Shown here one piece after another: positions 29,590-38,387 of a stretch of 64,000 nucleotides of DNA. Source of the stretch: Polyangiales bacterium (lineage in GTDB: Bacteria; Myxococcota_A; Polyangia; Polyangiales; Ga0077539); NCBI GenBank assembly GCA_044229975.1, contig JBGARZ010000014.1, positions 128,001-192,000 on the forward strand, written 5' to 3'. Under the pieces are notes generated by a model. The model had not been told where the DNA came from, did not search any database, and saw only the letters and a program-made list of their open reading frames with translations. The translations under genes and the position numbers were made by a program. Position 1 is the stretch's first letter, and each line of letters begins with the position of its first letter.

Positions 29590-30281
29590 TCGGGCTTCTC
29601 CGCGAGCATGTACCCGACGCCGCGAACGGTTCGGATGAGCGAGTCGCCACCGGGGACGGCGCCGAGCTTCTGGCGCAGGCGCGAGACCTGGGTGTCGACG
29701 GCGCGGTCGAAGGTCTGCTCGGCGTCGCCCTTCACGATCTCCAATAGCTGCTCGCGTGAGAGCACCCGCCCGGGTCGACGGGCGAGGGCGCTGAGCAGGT
29801 CGAACTCGGCGGTGGTGACCGCGATGGCGACGCCGTCGAGCACCACGCGACGGCTCGCGGTGTCGATGGTGAGCCCGCCGAGGCGGAGGTCGCGCGCGTG
29901 GGCGCCGAGCTGTCCCCGGTCGCGTCGGACGATGGCGTGGATGCGGGCGAGCAGCTCGCGCGGGGAGAAGGGCTTGAGCAGGTAGTCGTCGCCGCCGGTC
30001 TCCAGCCCGAGGACGCGGTCGGCCTCCTCGACGCGCGCCGTGACGATGATGATGGGCACCGCCGAGGTCTCGCGAATCGCGCGGCAGATGCTGAGCCCGT
30101 CCCGCCCCGGGAGCATGAGGTCGAGCAGCACCACATCGAAGCGCGTGCGCGTGGCTTCGGAGAGCCCGCGATCGCCGTCGGGGGCGACGGTGACGACGAC
30201 GCCGTGGTCGCCGAGGTAGTCGGCGGTGAAGCGCGCGAGGCGGGCATCGTCCTCGATGAGCAGGGCCGAGATGGTCTCCAC
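29586..30281 (-). CDS. OmpR/PhoB family response regulator
   Basis: LIEDD, LDLMLPG, DDYLLKPF, winged helix IRTVRGVGY. Confidence 0.95.
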   Translation of the reverse strand: METISALLIEDDARLARFTADYLGDHGVVVTVAPDGDRGLSEATRTRFDVVLLDLMLPGRDGLSICRAIRETSAVPIIIVTARVEEADRVLGLETGGDDYLLKPFSPRELLARIHAIVRRDRGQLGAHARDLRLGGLTIDTASRRVVLDGVAIAVTTAEFDLLSALARRPGRVLSREQLLEIVKGDAEQTFDRAVDTQVSRLRQKLGAVPGGDSLIRTVRGVGYMLAEKPE

Positions 30282-30342
30282 GAGGCGGGAGCCTAGCGTG
30301 CGTCGTTGCCCGGACGGGCCGCTGACACACTCTGTAAAACGG

Positions 30343-31557
30343 TCACGGCACCCGCACCCACTGGAGCCGCGGCCAGTAGGGCTCGGGGCGCGCGCTACCG
30401 CTGCCGGGGCCGGTGCTCCCGACGCCGTAGGTCACCGGAAGCTCGCCCGGTCGTGTCGGGTCGGCGAGCTCCAGGTGGACGACGGGCCCCGCGCAGAAGG
30501 CGTCCGGATCATCGGGTGGAAGGTCGCAGCGCGCGATGGAGCGGGCCGCGCTCCAGGGGCCTTCGGGTGTGGCGGCCGAATGGAGCTGGAGGTCGCCTCC
30601 GAAGGCGACGGCGAAGACGTGCGCGAGCCGCGAGGTGTTGCCCATGGGGACGACGGACGAGACCCACGGCCCGGCGTCGAAGACCGTGGCTCCGTCGCGA
30701 CGCCGGTCGCTGGTGAGCCAGCGATCGTTGCCGCCGAATAGCTCCATGCGGTCGGCGGCGTCGAGGCGCCCGACGACGCAGCGTTCGGTGAGAAACTCGA
30801 TCGGCGCGGGACACCCCCACACATAGGCGCGATCGCCGAGGGTCAGGCTGGCGTCGCCGAGGTCGATCTCCGTCGGGAAGCGCAACGCGCTCGGGGAGGG
30901 GATGACGACCTGCTGCGTGGCGGCGTTCCAGCGCGCGAGCCCGCTCCCGAGGTGGGTGAGTCCGAAGTGGGGGCCGCCGTCGGCGCGAAACATCCGATAG
31001 GTCACCCGCGTCTCCCCGTTGAGTCGATAGCCACCCGTGACCTGAACGACGAGCGCCGGGTCTCCTCCCTCGACCGTGACCATGGAGCGAGGGGTTCCGC
31101 CTGCGAAGACGGGGTCGCGAGGACAGGTGCCGAATGGAGCGCTCGGATCGACCTCGAAGGCGACGTTGCGGAGCTGCGTGCCCGACGCAAGCGTGACGTC
31201 CTCCGCGATCCAGAGGCAGCGGTCGATGGTAGGGATGCGTACGAGTGATCCGCCCACCGAGCGGACCTCCCCACCGGGACGAAAGAGCGGTCGGCACACC
31301 GGGCCCTGGTCGACGGAACGCTCGTAGGTCCTCGACCCCGTCGGGCAGCGCCAGGTGAGGGTGTCGTCACAGACCGCGGGCACGACGCGGGGCGCACCGC
31401 ACGGGTCCTCGTTGGGGGCGACACAGACGGGGGAGGTGGCCGGGCAGGTCGCCATGTCGGCGGCCACTGAAGCATCCAGAGGTTCGTGGAGCCCGGTGCG
31501 AGAACCACAGGACACGAGCGCCCACGAGAGAAGCGCGAGGGGTGCGAGGGACTTCAT
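30343..31557 (-). CDS. Hypothetical lipoprotein (possibly DUF4185-like propeller)
   Basis: Lipobox LVSCGSRTGL; AYVWG, AATPEGPWS motifs. Confidence 0.6.
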   Translation of the reverse strand: MKSLAPLALLSWALVSCGSRTGLHEPLDASVAADMATCPATSPVCVAPNEDPCGAPRVVPAVCDDTLTWRCPTGSRTYERSVDQGPVCRPLFRPGGEVRSVGGSLVRIPTIDRCLWIAEDVTLASGTQLRNVAFEVDPSAPFGTCPRDPVFAGGTPRSMVTVEGGDPALVVQVTGGYRLNGETRVTYRMFRADGGPHFGLTHLGSGLARWNAATQQVVIPSPSALRFPTEIDLGDASLTLGDRAYVWGCPAPIEFLTERCVVGRLDAADRMELFGGNDRWLTSDRRRDGATVFDAGPWVSSVVPMGNTSRLAHVFAVAFGGDLQLHSAATPEGPWSAARSIARCDLPPDDPDAFCAGPVVHLELADPTRPGELPVTYGVGSTGPGSGSARPEPYWPRLQWVRVP

Positions 31558-31624
31558 CGCCGCAGGAGGATAGCAACGGCAGGGCCACCTCCGGGCGGGA
31601 GGCGCCGGTGTACCGTGGGTCCCG

Positions 31625-32284
31625 ATGTCGCGCTCGGTGGTCAGGCTCGTCACGACGGTCGCGATGGTGCTGGCGATCCCCGTGGCGTGCGTGACGGGCG
31701 TCGCGCTCTACGGCAAGGCGCTGTCCGAGTCGGACGTCGCCATCGGAACGCTCGTATCCCCCGAGGTCGCCCGCGCTCGACTGCGTGAGCTGGAGGCCCG
31801 CTTCCTCGCCATGACACCCGCCCAGCACCTCGCGGAGGCCCGTCGGGCGCTCGACGCCGGGCGCAACCCCGGTCGACGGATGGGCGGCAACCCGGGGCTC
31901 GCGCAGCAGCACCTCGACGCCATCCCGGCGACGGCCCCTGAGCATGCGCAGGCGGAGTTGATGCGCGCGGAGATCGCCAATCGCCGATTGTTCTTCCTCC
32001 GCGCGTTGGCGACGCGCGTGGGAGAGCACCTGCGAGCTGTCGCGCCCGGGAACGACGAGCAACGACGACGCGCGCTGGCGACGGCGCTCGATCAGCGTCC
32101 TCCGGTTGGGCTGGGCAACGTTCACGTCGACGGCGACGCGGGCACCACGCTGCGGCTCGACCGGCGACGGTGCGACCAGCCGATGCTCGACGCGGTGTTT
32201 CCCTCGGAGCATCAGCAACGGATGCGCGCGCTGGGCTTCCGCGTCGTGCGGTGTGGCAACGACGCGGGCATCCTGGCGTTCTGA
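31625..32284 (+). CDS. Hypothetical membrane-anchored protein
   Basis: N-terminal hydrophobic helix, helical body. Confidence 0.6.
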   Translation: MSRSVVRLVTTVAMVLAIPVACVTGVALYGKALSESDVAIGTLVSPEVARARLRELEARFLAMTPAQHLAEARRALDAGRNPGRRMGGNPGLAQQHLDAIPATAPEHAQAELMRAEIANRRLFFLRALATRVGEHLRAVAPGNDEQRRRALATALDQRPPVGLGNVHVDGDAGTTLRLDRRRCDQPMLDAVFPSEHQQRMRALGFRVVRCGNDAGILAF

Positions 32285-32308
32285 TAGCTTCACGAGAGGA
32301 TCACCTCC

Positions 32309-33391
32309 ATGCCCAACCGCTCCCTCAGTCGTCGTCATCTGCTCCAGTCCGCGAGCGTCGCCCTGGGCGCGGCGGCGGGCTGTTCGGACGACGCGTTGCC
32401 CGATGAGCCCATCGTCCCGATCCCGGCGGGGATGTCGGCGGTGGGCGTGGTCGGAGGCGCAGACGTCGCCGCCGCGGTGGAGCGGGCGGTGGCGCTCGCC
32501 GGCGGCATCAACGAGATCAAGCCGGGCGACACGGTGTTCATCAAGCCCAACGTGGTGCACCCGGCGACGCGCGGGTTTCCCGCGGTCGTGACGAGCCCCG
32601 AGGTGTTGGCGGCCGTGATCCGTCTGGTGCGGCGACGTCGTCCGTCGAAGATCATCGTGGGCGATCGGCCCTCGCGCATCTTCACGTCGGAGCTGGTGTT
32701 CCGGCTCACGGGCATCCGCGAGGCGGCGATGGCGGCGGGGGCCGATGAGGTCTTCGAGGCGCCGATCCCGACCCGCGACCCGAGCGAGTGGGTGATGGTG
32801 CGGCCGCCGGGCTGGGAGGGCACCTGGGGCGCGCAGGGCGGCATCCTCGCGATGCGAAAGATCCTCGAAGCCGACCACTTCATCGAGGTCCCGGTGTGCA
32901 AGAACCACCGCTGGGCGGGCGTCTCGCTGTCGATGAAGAACCTCATCGGCGCAGTAGGTGACAGCTCGCGCGACGCGTTTCACTTCAACGAGGGCGACCC
33001 CGACCGCCTCTCGCGCGACATCGCGGTGATGAACCAGGCGTTCCGGCCGCTCATCTCCATCATCGACGCGCGGTCTGCGCTCATCAACGGCGGCCCGGAG
33101 GGCGTGGGCACCGACCGCGTGACGGTGACGCCGGGGTTGATCTTCGCGGGCCGCGACCGGGTGGCCCTCGACGCCGCCGCCGCGTCGCTCATCAAGATGG
33201 AGCTGGAGCGCACTGCCGTGCCGATGCCCGACGCGGTCCACGCATACCTTCGACGGACGCGGACGTGGGCCTTGCCGCAGATCGTGCACGGCGCCGCGCA
33301 CGGCCTCGGGGTGGCGAGCGCCGATCGGGTCGCGCTGCGCTTCGAGGGGGTCGCCGAGTCGGCGGCGATCGAGGCGGTCTTCCGGGCGTAG
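32309..33391 (+). CDS. DUF362 domain protein with Tat lipoprotein signal
   Basis: IKPGDTVFIKPN, VPVCKNH...SLSMKNLIG, DRVALD; SRRHLL...AAGC. Confidence 0.85.
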   Translation: MPNRSLSRRHLLQSASVALGAAAGCSDDALPDEPIVPIPAGMSAVGVVGGADVAAAVERAVALAGGINEIKPGDTVFIKPNVVHPATRGFPAVVTSPEVLAAVIRLVRRRRPSKIIVGDRPSRIFTSELVFRLTGIREAAMAAGADEVFEAPIPTRDPSEWVMVRPPGWEGTWGAQGGILAMRKILEADHFIEVPVCKNHRWAGVSLSMKNLIGAVGDSSRDAFHFNEGDPDRLSRDIAVMNQAFRPLISIIDARSALINGGPEGVGTDRVTVTPGLIFAGRDRVALDAAAASLIKMELERTAVPMPDAVHAYLRRTRTWALPQIVHGAAHGLGVASADRVALRFEGVAESAAIEAVFRA

Positions 33392-33429
33392 CAAGCAACG
33401 GAACGTCTCACGGTCGTTGACACGTTCCG

Positions 33430-33975
33430 CTGTCTGAAGGGCGACTGGAGGCCGCGGTCGTCGACGACGCCAACCGCGTCACGTGGCGCGAGGTGCCCGA
33501 CCCGCGCTGGGAGGGTGAGGTCCCCACGCGCATGCAGGTGGCGGAGAGCACCGTGTTCCGCGGCGGAGAAGGCATCTGGTACCACGACGGCGTCGTGTAC
33601 TTCAGCACCAAGGGAACCGGTCGGGTGTGGGCCCATCACGTGGCTTCGGCGACCCTCGAAGTCATCTACGATGGTCCATCGATGGCCGCGCCCGCCATTC
33701 GCGGCGTCGACAATCTCACCGTGTCCTGCTGCGGCGACGTGCTGGTCGCGGAGGACCGCGGCACGATGAAGGTCGTCGCGATCCTGCCAAGCGGCGAGTT
33801 GAAGCCACTCTTGCAGGTCGTGGGGCACGACGACTCCGAGGTCACCGGCCCGGCCTTCGACCCGAGCGGAACGCGGCTCTACTTCAGTTCGCAGCGCGGA
33901 GTGGGCGCTGACGCTAGGACGGGCACCGGCGTGACCTACGAGGTGGCCGGTCCCTTCCATGCGACGCGTGCCTGA
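33430..33975 (+). pseudogene. C-terminal fragment of a PhoX (DUF839) alkaline phosphatase
   Basis: FRGGEGIWY..G.VYFSTKG, GVDNLTV...VAED, SEVTGPAFDPSGTRLYFSSQRG; no N-terminal portion or signal peptide. Confidence 0.75.
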
Positions 33976-34016
33976 CGCGTGGCGCAAACGGCGATGGATC
34001 GCGGCGTCAGACGCAG

Positions 34017-34058
34017 AAACGGCGGGGGAGCCCTGGGGGGGGCTCCGACCCGCCGTTT
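34017..34058. terminator. Bidirectional hairpin terminator downstream of ssrA
   Basis: AAACGGCGGG-GGAGCCC...GGGCTCC-GA-CCCGCCGTTT stem. Confidence 0.7.
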
Positions 34059-34101
34059 GCTACACGCGAGCCGATTCGTGAGGAAAAACAACCAGTTAAA
34101 C

Positions 34102-34465
34102 GGTGGAGGCGCCGGGAGTCGAACCCGGGTCCGCAAGTGCTCAACGATGACTTCTACACGACATAGCCGATGATCAGGTCTCGTCAGGTCTCGTGCTCAT
34201 CGGCAGGCACTCCACCCAACCAGCACCCCCTGAATCTCGCCTCTTACCCGGGGCACCCTGGTGAGAAGCCAGCCAGTTCATTTACGCACCTCGCCGAGCA
34301 CTGGCAGCCTCGACGGGGCACGGCGTTACGGGTTCTTAGGCCGCGAACGCGAGAGGAACGTCATTATCGTTCGCATCTCTGGATTCCCGCAGTATTTACG
34401 CCGTTACGGGCCGGCGGTCGTGCCATCGATCGCGTCACAACCCACGTCGAAACCGTTTCGCCCCC
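34102..34465 (-). ncRNA. ssrA: tmRNA, tag peptide ANDNDVPLAFAA*
   Basis: 5' GGGGGCGAAACGGTTTCGAC, 3' T-arm GGGTTCGACTCCCGG-CGCCTCCACC with a G3.U pair; tag ORF 34374-34336. Confidence 0.97.
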
Positions 34466-34629
34466 TGTTGAAGTTGTCTGCGGTTTCACCCGCGTCGCAA
34501 CCACCAGAGTCATGGATCACCAACGCACGGCGCACCATGAGGCCCTCCCCCGCGGCGCGTCAAGTACGCTCCCATCCCCGCGAGACCTCTCTTGACCCTT
34601 CCGCAGCGCTGGGGCACCTAACCGACCCG

Positions 34630-35259
34630 ATGCCTGTCGAGCCGCCGCCGAAGAAGGAACAGTTCCAGAAGCTCCTCGAACGCGGCAACGTGTTCGTCCA
34701 CCTCGACCCCCGCGTCGCTGGCGTCGTCGTCCCCGCCGGGCACGCTCAGAAGCCCCAGCTCGTGCTCCACCTCGGGCTCAATTTCGCCGTCCCCATCCCC
34801 GACCTCACCGTCACCGAGCGCGGCATCCGCTGCACCCTCTCCTTCAATCGCACGCCCTTCACCTGCGACCTCCCGTGGCGCGCCATCTACGCCATGGTCG
34901 CCGAAGACGGTCAGGTCACCCTCTGGCCGACCGAGCTGCCGCCTGAGCTTGTTCCGAAGCCCGCGCCGGTTCGCCGCGTCGCCCCGACCTCGCGCGGCAG
35001 TCGCAATCGCGCCACCGTCGACCCGCCCGCGCCCGAAGCCGAGCCCGACGAAGCCGCCGCCGAGCGCCCGCGCCCGCACATCGCCGCCGTCCCCTCGAAA
35101 AACGCCCCGCGCCTCGCCCCCGTCACGCAGCTCAAGCCGCCGACCCCCGCCCCGGCCGCCGCCCTCGACGCCGACCCGCCGGGCGACGAGCCGACCCCGG
35201 CCTCGACCGATCGTAAGGGCGCGCGCGAGCGGCCTGCCTGGCTTCGCGTCGTCAAGTAG
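34630..35259 (+). CDS. sspB: SspB-like ClpXP specificity-enhancing adaptor
   Basis: VFVHLDPR..GVVVP, LVLHLG, TLSFNRTPF.C.LPW.AIYA, disordered linker and ClpX-binding tail LRVVK. Confidence 0.88.
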   Translation: MPVEPPPKKEQFQKLLERGNVFVHLDPRVAGVVVPAGHAQKPQLVLHLGLNFAVPIPDLTVTERGIRCTLSFNRTPFTCDLPWRAIYAMVAEDGQVTLWPTELPPELVPKPAPVRRVAPTSRGSRNRATVDPPAPEAEPDEAAAERPRPHIAAVPSKNAPRLAPVTQLKPPTPAPAAALDADPPGDEPTPASTDRKGARERPAWLRVVK

Positions 35260-35296
35260 TTCGGTCTACCAACCATCGCCCCGCGGCGATGCCCCG

Positions 35297-35896
35297 CTAC
35301 ACCGCGCGCGAATCCTCGAGCTCCTCCGCCAGGAAGGCGAGAATCACCTCATCGAGCGATCGTTCGGAGACCAACGACTCGCCAAACACCGCGTGCTTCG
35401 CGGCCGCGAGCGGCAGCGGCGGAACCGACGCCGCGACCGACAGCGGTGGCGCCGACGGCGCCGTGGGGAGGTTCGATCGCGGCGGGGGAGGGGGAGGCGC
35501 CCCGCGGCTGATCGGCAGGCTCGGCGTGAGCGGCGTCGGCGCGGCGGGCGGCACCGAGTTGCTCTCGTCCGTCGGGATGCTCGCCTCGACCGCAGCCGCA
35601 GGCGCCGCCACGTTGACGCCCGCCATCTCGTCGAACTGCCCCTCGCGCAGGGCGATGAACATCGCCTTGTGCTGGTCCTGCATGAGCTTCTTGACCTGCT
35701 TCTCCAGGTCGTCGGTCTCCAGCAGGTGCGCGTAGCCCGTCTTCTGCGACTTCAGGATGCGTCCGCCGTCCGCGAACAGGTGCGTCATCACGTGAGGCTT
35801 CTGGATGCCAGAGTCCTCCGTCTGGATGTGGAACACCTTCCCCTTGTGGCGGACGTTGGTGTTGTATCCGAGCAGCGGTGACTGCACCTTCGCCAT
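35297..35896 (-). CDS. Conserved myxobacterial hypothetical protein
   Basis: LGYNTNVRHKGKVFHIQTEDSG N-terminal domain, Pro-rich linker, SERSLDEVILAFL tail. Confidence 0.8.
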   Translation of the reverse strand: MAKVQSPLLGYNTNVRHKGKVFHIQTEDSGIQKPHVMTHLFADGGRILKSQKTGYAHLLETDDLEKQVKKLMQDQHKAMFIALREGQFDEMAGVNVAAPAAAVEASIPTDESNSVPPAAPTPLTPSLPISRGAPPPPPPRSNLPTAPSAPPLSVAASVPPLPLAAAKHAVFGESLVSERSLDEVILAFLAEELEDSRAV

Positions 35897-35911
35897 ACGG
35901 GGATCTCCGTT

Positions 35912-36166
35912 CTAACCCACCAACCGGTCGAGCAGGCGCCCCGGCACGAACCACAGCGCGGCCCAACCAATCAGGCACGTCCACCAGCCGATCGCCAGCC
36001 GCTTCCAACCTGCCCGCCAACCCGCGAGCGGAGGAAACAGCAACCGCTGCCACCACGGCGTCCCGGTGAGCCTCACGGCGAGCGCCCCGTGCTCCAACAC
36101 GAAGAGCGCCGCCAGAAACGCCTGCAACACCAGGCACACCACCGCCGTCGTCAGGTAGCGCTCCAT
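35912..36166 (-). CDS. Small membrane protein
   Basis: 84 aa, hydrophobic, in operon context. Confidence 0.6.
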   Translation of the reverse strand: MERYLTTAVVCLVLQAFLAALFVLEHGALAVRLTGTPWWQRLLFPPLAGWRAGWKRLAIGWWTCLIGWAALWFVPGRLLDRLVG

Positions 36167-36172
36167 CTCCCC

Positions 36173-37309
36173 TTATCCCTCGGCGCTCACCGACGTTCCG
36201 TCAATGGGCACCGCCACCGGCCGACGACCGCCGCGCAGCGAGCGCCACCCCGACCACGCCTCGCCCAGCGCCTCGGCCGCCCGCGACTCCAGCGCCGTCA
36301 CGTCACCGCCGCCCGCTCGCATCTCCTCGATGACCGCCGCCGCCGCCACCGCCCGCCGCGTCTCCAGGTAGCACCGCGCCAGCGAGGGCAGCACCGTCGC
36401 CCGCAGCGCCCCATCCAGCGCCATCGCGCGCCGCAGCGGGCCGATGGCCTCCGCGTACCGCGCCTGCGCCACCAGCGCCTCGCCCAGCGCGACGTACACC
36501 TCCGACGCCGCCGGGCCGTCGTGCGCGTACTGCGCGGCCAGCCGCAGGGCGTCGCCGCACTCGTCCGCCCGCTCGATGCGAACCAGCGACCGACCCAGCG
36601 CCACCAGCGCCCGCGCCACCACCGCCCGACCCTCCGGCCCCATCGCCGCGCCGTCGGGCGTTCGCAGGTAGGTCACCAGCACGCCGAACTGCGGCGCCAT
36701 CACCGACACCACGTCTTCGTCGCGGCCCTCGGCGCCCGCCTCGCGCACCGCGTCGAGCTGCGCCAGGTCGATCGTCACCCCGCGCGGTCGGCCCGCCCGC
36801 AGCACCTCCACCACCCGCGCCCGCAAGAACCGACGCACCTCGTCGAGCGGCACCTCGACCTCGCCGTCGTCCGCTCCCAACGCCAGCGCCGTCGACCCCT
36901 CGGCCAGCAGCGCCGCCTTCATGTCGATGCCGAAGAGGGGAGCCAGCAAGATCGTTCGCATCCCTACGATCGCTCGCAGTGCGTCGTCGTCGATGCGGCC
37001 CTTCACCGTCGGCGACGCCTCGTCCTCCATCAGCGTCGCGATCACCGCGTCGCGCAATTGGTCCGGCGTCCCCGAGCCCTGCACCTCGGCCGCGCCCGCG
37101 ACGTCACGCACCCACTGGAGGTCGCCCACCGCGTTGGTGTTGCGGTCGACCGAGGCCGAGATCACCCGGTAACCCGCCACCAGCGACAGCGCCACCAGCG
37201 CCTCGCCCACGCCCGCGCACAGCCGCCCGAGCGCCGGGACGCCCTTCAGTACGCGATCGAACCAACCGTCCGCCCGAACGCCATCCAGCGCGTAGCGCTG
37301 GGCGCTCAT
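36173..37309 (-). CDS. TPR-containing protein
   Basis: C-terminal TPR-like helices (VYVALGEALVAQARYAEAIGPLRRA); ATGA coupling to the epimerase. Confidence 0.75.
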   Translation of the reverse strand: MSAQRYALDGVRADGWFDRVLKGVPALGRLCAGVGEALVALSLVAGYRVISASVDRNTNAVGDLQWVRDVAGAAEVQGSGTPDQLRDAVIATLMEDEASPTVKGRIDDDALRAIVGMRTILLAPLFGIDMKAALLAEGSTALALGADDGEVEVPLDEVRRFLRARVVEVLRAGRPRGVTIDLAQLDAVREAGAEGRDEDVVSVMAPQFGVLVTYLRTPDGAAMGPEGRAVVARALVALGRSLVRIERADECGDALRLAAQYAHDGPAASEVYVALGEALVAQARYAEAIGPLRRAMALDGALRATVLPSLARCYLETRRAVAAAAVIEEMRAGGGDVTALESRAAEALGEAWSGWRSLRGGRRPVAVPIDGTSVSAEG

Positions 37310-38286
37310 GGGCCGCCCTGTGCCTCGCGGGCGAGCTTCTCGCGGTACCACGCGATGGTCCGCTCGATGCCGTCCTCCAGCTCCACCTTCGCCTGGAACC
37401 CGAGCAGCTCCTTCGCCTTGCTCGTGTCCGGGATGCGCAGCTCCACGTCCGCGAAGGGCCAGTCCACGAACTTGATCTCCGACGTCGACTTCGCCAGCGA
37501 CACCACCATCCGCGCGAGCTGGTAGATGGTCACCGTCGCCCGCGTGTTGCCGATGTTGAACGCGTGGCCCACCGCCTCGTCGCGCTCCAGCGTCAGCAGC
37601 ACGCTGTCGACGATGTCGTCGATGAAGCACCACGAGCGGATCTGGTCGCCGGCGTTGTGGATGGTGATGGGTTCGTTCTTGATGGCGCGCAGCACGAACG
37701 CGTGGACCGCGCCCTCGCCGACCTGCCCGGGCCCGAAGATGTTGAAGGGCCGGATGCTCACCGTCGGGAGACCGAACTGCTTGTGGTAGCAGTGCGCCAG
37801 GTGCTCCGTCGCGAGCTTGCTCACGGCGTACGTCCACCGCGCCTCGCCCACCGCGCCGAGGGTCGTCACGTCGCCCTCACCCACCCTGAACGCGTACCGA
37901 CCGAACACCTCGCTCGTCGAGAAGTCGATGAAGCGCTCGACCAGCGGCAGCCGCTCGCGGGCGCAGCGCAGCGCCGTCATGGTGCCTTCGAGGGCGATCT
38001 CCATGGTGGGCACCGGGTTCTTGAGCACCGTGTCGACGCCCGCGATGGAGGCCAGGTGCACCACGTGGGTGCAGCCGTCCATCGCCTTGCCCAAGGCCGC
38101 AGCGTCGCGGACGTCGCCCGCGATGAGCGTCACGTTGGGGTGCTTGTCGAGGCCCGCCGGGCCGAGCGCGTTGCGGCGCAGCAGGTCGAACACCACGCAC
38201 TCGTTGCTCTCGCTGAGCTTTCGCACGAGCCCCGTGCCGATGAAACCCGCGCCGCCCGTCAGGAGAATCCGCTTGCCCGTGATCAT
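37306..38286 (-). CDS. NAD-dependent epimerase/dehydratase
   Basis: TGGAGFIG, HLAS, STSEVFG, YAVSK, RPFNIFGPGQ. Confidence 0.95.
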   Translation of the reverse strand: MITGKRILLTGGAGFIGTGLVRKLSESNECVVFDLLRRNALGPAGLDKHPNVTLIAGDVRDAAALGKAMDGCTHVVHLASIAGVDTVLKNPVPTMEIALEGTMTALRCARERLPLVERFIDFSTSEVFGRYAFRVGEGDVTTLGAVGEARWTYAVSKLATEHLAHCYHKQFGLPTVSIRPFNIFGPGQVGEGAVHAFVLRAIKNEPITIHNAGDQIRSWCFIDDIVDSVLLTLERDEAVGHAFNIGNTRATVTIYQLARMVVSLAKSTSEIKFVDWPFADVELRIPDTSKAKELLGFQAKVELEDGIERTIAWYREKLAREAQGGP

Positions 38287-38387
38287 GTTGCGCTCAGGTC
38301 TGTACCCCAATCCCACGCCCGGCGGAACCCTTCGTCCGCTCTCCCCGCGCATCCCAATCCCCGCCACGACGGTGTTAGCGTCGAGCG

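Noticed and set aside
30343..34101. Intact genomic island or prophage at ssrA
   Set aside because: No integrase, phage genes or duplicated att core seen; composition is host-like
34102..34135. Stand-alone tRNA-Ala
   Set aside because: The T-arm and acceptor end pair with a 5' end about 360 nt away and enclose a tag ORF, so this is tmRNA
34261..34629. N-terminal extension of SspB in the ORF track
   Set aside because: It overlaps tmRNA antisense; the likely start is ATG 34630
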